From assembly GCA_025558095.1 (NCBI GenBank), contig JAIVFI010000010.1, forward strand, positions 372,001 to 436,000: a stretch of DNA of 64,000 bases, written 5' to 3'. The notes under the pieces were generated by a model. That model made no database searches. It saw only the letters and a program-made list of their open reading frames with translations, and was not told the DNA's origin. Source of the stretch: Hyaloraphidium curvatum SAG 235-1 (Eukaryota > Fungi > Monoblepharomycota). The translations under genes and the position numbers were made by a program. Positions 25,890 through 36,557 of the stretch are shown piece after piece (position 1 is the first letter of the stretch; each line of letters begins with the position of its first letter).

Positions 25890-28800
25890 TCAGCCTCTTC
25901 GCGGCACAACCTTGCTCAAGGAGTCCGCTCCCGGGCGCGGAAGAGGGGTCGGGGTGGTGGGATGGGGTCGTCGGGGAGGCGGAACCGGCGGTTTTGAGGC
26001 GGTTTTGCGCGCGGGAGCCGGCAAGACCGAAGGAGTTGGCCGCGTCTGCTTGCTGCTTGCATCGCTCTTGGACGCCGTGCCGTTCCCGATCCTGTTGCGC
26101 CACGCAGGCAACACCAGGTTGCGGTACGGGTCCGCGCCGGCCGTCGCTGTGCACGCACGCAAAACGCATCAGTTCGGCACCGAGCTTTCGTGCGAATCAA
26201 CACACCGATCGTCGGCGCCCCACTGCTCGGCTCGCCAGCATCACCGTCCCGCTGGTCCGGCCGCTCGTCTGGAGGCTCGTCGTATGCCGGGTAGAAGATA
26301 AAGAAGCCCTCCCTGACCAAACGAGGCGACTTGTCCGACGCCCCGTCCGGCTCCCCGTCCGGCTCCTCGTCCGGCTCCTCGTCCGGCTCCCCGTCCGGCT
26401 CCCCGTCCGGCTCCCCGTCCGGCTCCCCGTCCAGCTCCATCGGAGGCACTGCTTTTCTCTTGTCCGCACGACGCGCAAGTGTGAAATCCGGAGAGCGCCG
26501 AGACGACAGGACCGTGTCCAAAGTGTGCGCGATGTCCGGCGCTACTTCGGGATTGATCAGTGCGATCGCACGCAGGACGAGCACAAAACGCAACCTACGC
26601 CTGAAGGGAAGAGAGGAAGCCTGCACCTTCCGCACTTCGGCAGCCCGCCCCCGATCGCGTTCCTTAAAAGACCAGGGAAGGATGTGCGCAGATCAGACCC
26701 CAGTCGAGGGACTCGCGCGCTCCCCCCACCCTGAGCGCTTTCTGCTGCCTCTCCTCGGCAAAGATCACCTCGCCCGGCCCATCAACCCGCGTCATCATCT
26801 CGATACGGAACTGCAGGGAGAGGCGTGAGATCGGAGCACCGCAGGCAACACGATCGCACGCACGTGGGGGTCGTCGTCCTGGATCCCGAGCGGATTGCAA
26901 AGGGCCTTGACGGTGCGCTGACGGACGATCAGCATTCGAAAACAACGTGAGGCCAATAGCCTGGTAGTACCTGGCTCGACTGTCCGAGATCCGTTTCGGT
27001 CTCCAGCCAGCCCCTCCGGCGCTTGGCGATCTTCCGTTTGCGCGGCCCGTGCAGCAGCGTGGCGTCGTCCTGGAGCGAGTCCCGCTTCCGCTTGGCGCTT
27101 GAAGGCCGGTGCGGACCCGGCAGCCGCACGACAGTGTCGGGCTCGACGCGTTGGTTCTTCGGCTTGGTGAAGGGCATCTCCGCGGGATCCACCAGCTCGG
27201 AACTGATATCCGAGTTCCGATCCCCCGATCCCCGATCGCTCTGATCCTGCTCCGGCCCGCGAGGGCTCTCGTCGAAGGACCAGTTGTCCGACAGGTCGCC
27301 GCCGCCGTCCGGGTTCCTGCCGTCCGAAAGAGCGTCGATCAACTCCAGCTCGACAGGCTCGCGCCGGAACTGCGAGCCGATCTCGCCGCGGTCCAATTCC
27401 TGCTCGGCCTGCGAGAAGATCTCGTCGCGGTTCGACTTCAGCGCCGAGTCCTCTTCCTCTGAGTCCCGGGACCCCTTGCCGCTGCCGGACTCGTCTCTAT
27501 CCCTGCCCGAGTCATCGTCGTCCGAGCGCGGATCCTCGTCGTCGTTCTGGGGGAAGAAATCGTCGCCCTCGTCGTCCTCCGAAGGCCAATCTTCGTTGTC
27601 CGGCTTCGAATCGCCGGCGCCGGAACCCGAATCGCCGCCGTCCGGCTCCTCGTCGTCGTCGACCCGGTCCGGCTCGTCGGGCTCCTCGTCGTCCCGGTCC
27701 AGGTCCTCCTCCTCGTTCCGGTCCGGCTCGTCGTCGTCCGGGTCCGGCTCGTCGTCGTCCGGGTCCCTGGGCTGCGAGGGTCCCGATCTCTCCGAGTTCG
27801 AATCCTCCAGATCCTCGAGCTCGACCTCGGGCATGTCCTCCTCCTCCTCGAGCTCCTTGGCCTGCTCGAGGCCCTTGACCGGCACGTCGTCGAACTTTCC
27901 GTCGTGGGCCATCTGGAACGTGACGGCCGGCGGCGCCTTGCGGGGCTTGAGCTCCTCGTCGACGTGCGTGTAGTCGAACGGCGTCAAATCCAGGTCCCTG
28001 TATTCGGGAATGGTGCCGACGGCGTTCGGCGGGGGGCTGGTGATGACGCTGAGCTTGACCCTCGCGGCACTGCGACGCGGCGGGAAGGAGTAGCTGAAGC
28101 CGACCTTGGCCCTGCCGCCGGCCTTCTCGCTCATGTACTCGGCGATGGCATTAGCTTGCACCGCGGGGTACTGTCTGAGGCCCCGATCGGGCAGAAAGGG
28201 TCTCGGAACACGCTTGAAGTGTTTGGGCAGCCGGTCCAGGACCATCCGCTGCGACATGGTGGCATGGCCGACAGCAGCAGTCCGAGACCAGTCGAAAGCG
28301 TCACGGCACTCCTCGGAAGCAATCTGCTCGCCGGCAATGACCTTCAGCAAGATGGCCATTCCGGTCATGGTCGCCGCGGCCTTGATCAGCGGGCCCAAGA
28401 ACTCGTTCTGGAAACGGTAGGTCTCCTCCATTCTGAAGAGCCACAAGAGCTCCACCGCCTCCGGGCCATAGAGCCCGCGCATGGCGGTCTCGGCATCCTT
28501 GTACGAAGCCAGCTCGGCCACCGACACCATGCACGAGATCAGGCACGATTGGGTCTTCGTCAGGCGGCGATTGAGCTGCTGCAGCATCTCTGGTCCGGCG
28601 CGCCCGAGCGGCGACCGCGAGTCCTCCGCGACAAAGAACGCCGCCGGCTCACTGAGCTCCAGGAAAAACCGGTCGAAGACGTCCTTGGCCTCTCCCCGCT
28701 CGCCAGCCGAATGCGCGGGAAGCTCGAGCGCCAGGATCTCGAGCCCGGGCACGATCCGATCGACGAGCGCGGCGAACGCGTACATGATCTCGTTCTGCAT

Positions 28801-31530
28801 CTGGAGCGCCGGGAAAAAGGTGTCCTCGACGACCGCGCTCCGCGAGTTCCTTCCGCCGGAGAGGCGGGGGACGACCACGAGCTTCTTTATGCCTCGAAGC
28901 AGGATGGGCAGGATCACCTGGAGCGGGAGACAACGGGTCAGCGAGTTTCAGCGAGGAGGTGCGCCGGCAAAGGGCCAGCTCACCGTCTGGGCAAAGAGAA
29001 GCGGCAGCCACTCCGTTCCCTCGCGAAGCTCATTCAGGAAATGCGTCTTTGCCGCCGTGATGCGCAGCCGGGAGGTACGCTCCTTGTTGAGGTTTTCGCC
29101 CCAGCGCATGTCGTTCAAAACGCTGCCGATGGACTGAACCCTGAACTGCTCGATGTCGGCAGGGTGCAGCGTGTTGCCTCGCCAACCGAAGATCCGCCAC
29201 CCGAGGTCCGTGGCCAGCTTGAGGATCGACAGGAAGACCTCCCCAAGCCGGGTTAGGCGGAACGGCGTGGAGATTATCAGGACCTTCAGCCCGTTCCGGA
29301 TAGCCTCCATGTCCAGCGGCGCGCTGCCCCTTTTCTGCACCAGCAAGTCGTTCGGGATGTCGAGGTTCAGCACCCTGATCAGGGCATCTCGTTGCGTGGC
29401 ACCCGGCTCCGAGGCGCCCGAACCACATTCGCCGAGGAAGAGGAAGAGCCTGAGCTTGCTGAGGTCGAACAGCCGCTCGACGTGGGCGCAGTTGTTGTAC
29501 AGCTGGTAAACAATCAGGCGCAATGCGTCCGCCCCCATCTGCGACGCCCTGCCGAAGTCGACCATCACCGCCGGCGCCAGACGATCGAGCGGCCCCGGCC
29601 ACGCCGGCTTCGGCATCGGGCCCCGGGCCTTGCGCTTCACCGGAGTGGCGAACTCGCCGGGGTTGATCGCGAAATCGGGCGCCTCGTCGAGGCGCTGCTC
29701 CGCCGCCGCCGCCGCCGCCGCCGCCGCGGCCTCGTCGACGGCCTCTTCCCCCGCCTCCTCGGCCGAGTCCAGGAAGCGCCGCAAGTGCTCCGGACCGCAG
29801 CATTCGGGAGTCAGGCGCTCGTCCGGGGGTCCGCGCCTGCAACGCCAGCGGGTCAGTTGGCTCGCGAGGGCTCGATCAGCGCACCCACTCGATCATTTTC
29901 ATGCAATACTGGCACGCGATCAGGCCGGACATGTAGCCGAGCACGTACTCGTCCGTCTGGGAGACCGTGAGGTAGTAGTAGAGGTCGGACGACGGCCCCC
30001 TCTGGCGGAGGAAGTCCTCGCGGACCTCGCTGGCCGCGGATGCATCGTCAGCCCGCGATTGCCGCCGGACGCTCGCGCACCCACCGCTCGAAAACCGGGA
30101 CGAACCAGATGTAGTCGGAAGGTTGGACGAGGTTGGGGTTGCAAGGCAGGTCCTTGCAGTACTGCGCGCAGCCGTTCCTCCCGTTGACGATGTACCAGAC
30201 CATGTAGCCACACCCCTCGGGGCAGACGCGCGGCTCCTGGCCGTACTTCTTGCAGAGCGCGAGGTAGTGCGGTGCGCAGCACCCGCTGACGCGTGCAGGT
30301 TCCATCAGCTGCGCCCGGCGAACCGCGATCGTGTGCACCCACTGCTGCCCTTTCGAGAGCGGCTCGCCGCAGATGCACTTGCCCGAGCGGATCGCCAGGC
30401 GCACTTTGTCCTCGGGCGACTCGCCGAACGGCGTCGTCGAGTTTTTGGGCCGCTCGCCGATCGGGAGCTGGAAGTCGGAAGAAGGCGGGACCCAGTCCGC
30501 GTAGGCCCAGGCCGGAATGTTCTTGGATCGCTTTTCGGCGCAGCGCCCGGTCTTGGCGTAGGTGCCGCACGCGTAAACGTACTTCCGCAGCATCATCTGT
30601 CGGCATCCGCCCCTGCACACGGGCACGGACTTCCCGCTCTGCTTCAGCTTCTGCAGGCAGCCGTGGCCGCAGGCGGTGCGCCTCCTGGTTGCGCAATCCG
30701 TCAGGGCGCTCGGCGCGGGAGCGCGAAAGCAAAGCCACTCACGCCGCCATCGGATTGCCGCAAACCTCGCAGGTGTCCGTCTTCTTCTCTTTTGCGGCAC
30801 CTCCGGTCTGCTGCTTCTTCTGCACGCCGCCGGGAGGGTTCCGCCGGGGCCCGGGCCTTTTCTTGAGCGAGTAAGCGCACGCGAGTCCGCGCTTCGCGCA
30901 CTGGTTGCAGGTCGGCTTGGCCGAGTTGCATTTCCGCCGCACTTGGCCGCATGCGTCGCAAACGCGCCTGAGCTGCGCGGGCGCGCCGCCGTGTTGGGCG
31001 GGCCTCGTGCCGCCGATCTGCTCGACCGCCTCGTCGTCCGCGGTCCGCTGGTCGGGGGTGGGCGACGCCCCCGGTCCGCGGCGAGCGCGCTTGCGAGGCT
31101 TCTCGTCTCCGTCCTCGTCGGGCTCGGCCCCCGTGCCGGGCTCGCTCTTCTCGTCGTCCGTCCCGCTCTCGTCGTCCGTCTCGCTCTCGTCGTCGTCGGC
31201 CTCCCCGTCCTCGGCGTACTCGCTGTCCGAGGCGTGCTTGCCGAAGAAGCTCGGGAACATCGACTCGGCCGAGGCTGACTCAGCCGCGGGCCCCAGGACG
31301 TCCGACATCGCCTCGTCGTCCGGTCCGCTTGCTTCCGAGACGTCCGTCGGCCACAGGTCGGAGTGGACGCTCAGCTCGGAGGACACGTCGGAGCCGGCGT
31401 CGGGCGCCGCGCTCCCGCCGCCCGCGCCCCCGCCGCCCGCGCCCCCGCCGCCCGCGCCCCCGGCGCCCGCGCCCGCGCCGGCGCCGGCGCGCCTATTCCC
31501 GGTCTTCTTGCCGAGGCTGGGCCGCGCCAT
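25890..31530 (-). CDS. Large multi-exon orphan protein: Zn2Cys6 cluster, several Cys/His zinc modules, two tandem serine-recombinase-like domains and an acidic tail; 3' exons tentative
   Basis: The ORFs join in frame across GT-AG introns at 30685-30742, 30030-30084, 29837-29888 and 28918-28983 (checked codon by codon). Zn2Cys6 is CDACGQVRRKCNSAKPTCNQCAKRGLAC. Resolvase-like motifs are DFGRAS..YQL..ECGSG..QRDAL..VLIISTPFRLTR and VVPRLS..LQMQ..AHSA..FFVAEDSRSPLGR. Confidence 0.7.
26340..26432. repeat. 12-bp tandem repeat (ccccgtccggct variants, ~7.5 copies) encoding DGEP/DEEP on the minus strand
   Basis: Directly visible repeat; the ORF track reads DGEPDGEPDGEPDGEPDEEPDEEPDGEPDG. Confidence 0.9.
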
Positions 31531-31664
31531 CGTCCGATCGGGAGCGAAAGTTGGTCGAGTCGATCGATGGCGTGTCAGCAATCAACCACACAAACCGCCT
31601 CCCGCCCCCCGGGGAAACCAAAACCATTCTTTTTCAAAAATCACGGGCCCCTACAATTCTCGGC

Positions 31665-31736
31665 CGCAATGCCACTTCAAAGCTTCGCCTGGCTCTTGGT
31701 CGCAATGCTCCTTCAAAGCTTCGCCTGGCTCTTGGC
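31665..31736. repeat. 36-bp tandem duplication spanning the malate synthase stop codon
   Basis: cgcaatgccacttcaaagcttcgcctggctcttggt (31665-31700) versus cgcaatgctccttcaaagcttcgcctggctcttggc (31701-31736). Confidence 0.93.
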
Positions 31737-33928
31737 CGTGACGATGGACGGGTACAGCAGCGTGGTCAGGAAGTCGGACTGCAGGCGGGGTCAGCTGAAT
31801 GGCCGACCCGATCACAAAGAAACGACTCACGTATGCCGGGGTGGCAATGGTGCTGAAGAGCGCCTCCTTGGCGGCCAAGAACTTGGACGTTTTGAAAGCC
31901 ACCTCCCCTACAGACTTCTTGAGCTTGTCCGTCTCCTCGTCCAGCAGCTGCTTGAGCCAGTCGGCCGTGACGGTCTTGCCCTCGGCCGTCTTGACCTTTG
32001 CACGAGTGACGCTCTTTGTCAGCTTCCGCAGTAGCCGCCGCACCGACTCCACTCACATTGTTCTTCTGCCACTGCCAGAGCTGCGAGCGCGAGATCTCGG
32101 CGGTCGCGGCGTCCTCCATGAGGTTGTGGATGGGCACGCAGCCGTTGCCGCGCAGCCAGGCCTCCATGTACTGAAGGGCGACGTTGATGTTGCCCCGGAT
32201 GCCGTTCTCCGTCACGGCGCCCTTGGTGTCGCGCGTGTTGAGCAGGTCGGCGGCAACGACCTTGACCTCCTCGCGGCGCACAAACAGCTGGTTGGGGCCG
32301 GGCATGTACTGGTTGAAGATTTCCATGGCGATCTTGACCAGGTCGGGGTGGGCAACCTGGGAGCGTTCCGGAGCCTTCCGTGAGCGACAGCGAGGCCGGA
32401 GATGGTCGGCAAACCCACCCAGGTGCCGTCGTGGCCGGCCTTCACTTCTCTCAGTTTGTCGGTACGAACCTAAATCGGAGGAATGGAGGAGCCAGCAATG
32501 CCGCCATACAATCGAAAACGCACCTTGTTCATCGCAGCCTCGTTGGCGGCGGCGTTGTCCTTGATGGGGATCTGCGCGGCCATACCGCCCATGGCGTGCA
32601 CGCCGCGGCGGTGGCACGTCTTGATGAGCAGGCGCACGTACGCATCCATGAAGGGCGTGGTCATGGTGACGTCGGCGCGGTCGGGAAGCGTGAAGGCGGG
32701 GTTGTTTCGGAATTTCTTGATCACGCTGAAGATGTAGTCCCAACGACCGCAGTTCAGGCCCGCCGAGTGGTCGCGGAGCTCGTAGATGATCTCGTCCATC
32801 TCGAAGGCGGCCGGGATGGTCTCGATCAGGACGGTGGCGCGGATGGTTCCCCGCGGCACGCCGAGCATGTCCTGGGCCATGTTGAAGATGTCGTTCCAGA
32901 GCCTGTACCGTCTGCGGTGAGCCAAGGATCATGGTCAACTGCCGCCAGATCGCCCACCTGGCCTCGAGGTGCGACTCCATCTTGGGCAGGTAGAAGTACG
33001 GGCCGGCGCCGATCTTGACGGTCTGCCTGGCGTTGTGGAAGAAGTAGAAGCCAAAGTCGAAGATGGAGCCGGAGCAGGGCTCGTTGTCCACGACGAAGTG
33101 GGCCTCCTCGAGGTGCCATCCACGGGGGCTGAGACGGACATGAGCGCCGCTCGGTCCGAAGCCACAGACTACCCACCGAACCATCAGCGTCGCAAGCTTG
33201 CCGTCCTTCCTCAGGTAGTAGCTCTTGCCGTTGGGGCCGGGGTTCTGGAACGAGATGGTGCGCTCGTTGGCGTCGCGCAGGTTGACCTGGCCATCAATGT
33301 TGTTCGACCACGTGGGGGCGTTCGAGTCTAACACAAGGACCATCAGAAGACGCAACAAACGCTTCGAGGGAACCGACCTTCGAAGTCGGCCATGAACACC
33401 GACGCGCCCGCGTTGAGGGCGTTGATGATCATCTTGCGGTCCACGGGGCCGGTGATCTCCACGCGGCGGTCCACGAGGCCCGGAGCAGGGGCGGGTCCCT
33501 TCCACGCATCGTTCTCGCGGATGTGGCGGGTCTCGGGCAGGAAGTCGAGGAGGGCCTGCGCGCCGGAGTCAGTTCTGCCTCCCTCCCCGAAAGCCCGCCC
33601 CACGCACCCCAGCATCGAGAGCCTTCTGCCTCTCCACGCGCCTCGCAAGCAGCTCCTTCCGACGTCCGTTGAACACGCGCTGCGAGCGGCCGGCTCAGCG
33701 AACCGGCGATGGGCGGCGAGGCGGACCCCGCACCTGGAGCGTGGCCACGAAGGTCTGGGCCTCCAGCGAGAGAATGTCGGCCTGAGCGCCCGACACGGCG
33801 CCGAGAATGGAAACACCGGGGATGGTGGCGACCACTGGAGAGGCGGGGCGCGATGCAAGGCGGGGGCAAGGCGTCGGCAGCGCCATGTCAGGCACCGTCG
33901 CTCCCGCGCGGCTCCGCAGCCACCCACT
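31713..33928 (-). CDS. MLS1: Malate synthase A (glyoxysomal, C-terminal PTS1 AKL), many introns; start ambiguous
   Basis: [106 protein letters not shown]; last exon [21 protein letters not shown]. Confidence 0.96.
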
Positions 33929-34336
33929 TGCTGCGCGGCTAAATGAGCTTCGCTGGATGCGTTCCGGACTCTGGGCGGGCGAGCGCTGGTCGGGGTGTGG
34001 CCGGCCAACGGACTTTTGTCGGTTCGTCTTCCGCACCAGAGTGAGCCCTGCCCTCGAGCTCCAGCAAGCACGTGCCTGCAGAACGCTGGGGTCAACCTGA
34101 GAAATCGGCCGTTACAGCTTTGCCGAAAGGTCAATACGGACTAAAATCATCTCCTAGAGCTAACCTGCGGGAGTTCTGGCTCGATGATGACGTGTACCGA
34201 TCGCGGCATCTGCGGAATGTCACGCCCCTTCCAACTCCAGAGCTGTCGCTAGATCGGGCTCGAATGCGCGATCGACGCGAACGTTTGCACCCATGTCTCT
34301 AATTTGACGGCAGCCCTACACTCCTGACGATGAGAA

Positions 34337-36307
34337 CTACTTCGAAACCTGGGAGAAGGTGGCCTTGATGAAGTCGGTGGTGAGGGACTTCGGACGCTCG
34401 ATCCTGGCGCGCGGGGCGTGAGGCCGTGCAACGGTACGGAGCAACAACAGACGTACGGGAGGCCGTAGATGCGGGCCCAGATGAGGCCGTTGAGGACGCC
34501 GAGGGCGCGGGAGACGCCGAACAAGACAGTGTAGTAGTCCTGCTCGACAAAGTTGTAGTGCTGGGGAGAGCGGACGTGAGCTGCGCGAAACGGCCGGCCC
34601 TGGCGCCAGAGCGAGCCCACCTGGAGGAGGACACCCGAGTGGGCGTCGACGTTGGGCCACGGGTTCTTGGTCTTGCCCTGCTCGGTCAGGACGCCGGGCA
34701 CGATGTTGTAGAGCTGGCTGACGAGCTTGAACATGGGGTCCGTGGGCAGGTGCTTGAGCGCAAACTCGCGCTGGCACGTGTAGCGGGGGTCCGTCTTGCG
34801 GAGCACGGCGTGGCCGTAGCCCGGCACGACCTGGCCCGACTTGAGGAGCTTCCAGAGGTAGTTCTTGATGTCCTCGTCCGAGGGGTTGGTGCCGACCTCG
34901 TCCCTCATCTTGAGGATGAACCTGAGCACCTCCTGGTTGGCGAGGCCGTGGAGCGGGCCGGCCAGGCCGTTCATGGAGGCCGCGAAGGAAAGGTAGGGGT
35001 CCGAGAGCGCAGAGCCGACGAGGTGGCACGTGTGCGCCGACACGTTGCCGCCCTCGTGGTCGGTGTGGATGGTCATGTACAAACGCATGAGCTCGATGAA
35101 CTTGGGGTCGTTGTACCCGAGCAGCTTGGCGAAGTTGGCCGACCAGTCCAGGTTGGGGTCGATCTCGCCGAGCTTGCCGTCCTTGTACACGTTGCGGTAG
35201 ATGCGGGCCGCGACCAGGGGCAGCTTGGCGATGAGGTCCATCGAGTCCTCGTACACGTACTCCCAGTACTGGGACTTGCCGACGCCCGAGGCGTAGGCCT
35301 TGGCGAAGCTGCTCTCGTGCTGGAGCGCGGTGACGGCGAGCGACAGCTGGCTCATGGGGTGCAGGGTGTTGGGGCAGCGGTCCAGGATGTCCTCCACGTA
35401 GGAGGGAATGGCCGAGCGCGCGGCCCACTCGGCCGACAGGCCCTTGACCTCCTCCTTGGTCGGGACCTCGCCGGTAACCAGCAGCCAGAAGAGGCCCTCG
35501 GGGAGGGGCTCCTCGCCACCCTCGGCAGCGGGCAGGAGCTTCTGGCACTCGGGGATGCTGAGGCCGCGGAAGCGGATGCCCTGGGCATGGACTTGTCAGT
35601 GATCCTCGGGGCAGGCAGCCCGAATCAACCCCACCTCCTCCGCATCCAGCAAAGAGCCCTCCCAGATCATGCCCTTGATCCCGCGCATACCGCCGTAGGC
35701 CTATACCGCCCCGCGTGTACGCCAGTCAGCGCAAAAGGCAAGGAAGGTGGATGTGATCGCCGTACCATGTCAACGGTCACGTTGCCCAGGGACTTGGAGC
35801 CGTACTTCGTGCGCACATCCTTGACCTCGGCAACCTTGTCCGGGATGATTTCCTTGAGCCGCTCCTTGAGGCTCTGTGTGGCGCGGTTCCGAGCGGACGG
35901 TCGGAGCCGGGCCTGTCAGCTCGACTTCTGGGACCGGGCAGGCGCGCCGCGACTGGCCGAACGCCGCATCGTGGTAGCAGGCACACGAACCTTGGCCTTG
36001 GCGGTGGCGTAGCACCTGGTGGCCGCCCTGAACGACGCGGCGCCAGCGAGCTTGCTGGACGCGGGGCGCAGGCCCTGAGGAATCCAACCCGATGCGGTCC
36101 AAACAGGGGGAGCCATCGACCGTCCAGGTGTCCCGGGCCGACAATTCGCCCAAAGCAGGGGCATCCGACGCGATGCGAGCGCGGGAACGGTTAGATGGGT
36201 CCCGGTCCCTGCGCCACGCGGCCACGGCGGGCTTCCGGCCCTCCGCGACGCGCGCGGCTCTCCCGGCAAACACGCACGGCGACGAGCATCGTCTGGGAGC
36301 TCAGCAT
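34337..36307 (-). CDS. CIT1: Citrate synthase (mitochondrial type), spliced
   Basis: Arg/Ser/Ala-rich presequence, [78 protein letters not shown] and IERPKS. Confidence 0.97.
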
Positions 36308-36557
36308 GGCGGCGGGTGCGGGGCGTGGCTGGCCGTGACGGTGTGCGGGTCGGGCCGGGAAGCGGAGCCGCGCCGGATCAAAACACGGCAATCCCTACGC
36401 GAGTCTTGCAGCGTCGGCGGTTGCGGACGCGTCCGATGGGCAGCCGGCTGCCGGGAGACCGCGGTTCATGTAGGGCGCTGGCGGCCCGGAGGGGCGGCGC
36501 TGCGGGAACGCGTTGAGGGTCGAACCACGAAACTCCGGCGTGCCCCCGACGCATCCG

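Noticed and set aside
26340-26432. CRISPR-like array
   Set aside because: It is a simple 12-bp coding tandem repeat without spacers, in a eukaryotic context.
25550-31700. Terminal inverted repeats, a matching target-site duplication or a TnpB/Fanzor ORF around the recombinase-like gene
   Set aside because: I saw no convincing match between the left flank (25550-25890) and the right flank by eye, and no RuvC motifs, so it is not annotated as a mobile element.
34249-34340. Cryptic peroxisomal signal in citrate synthase via readthrough
   Set aside because: Readthrough of SK-TAG gives FSSSGV*, which is not a PTS1.
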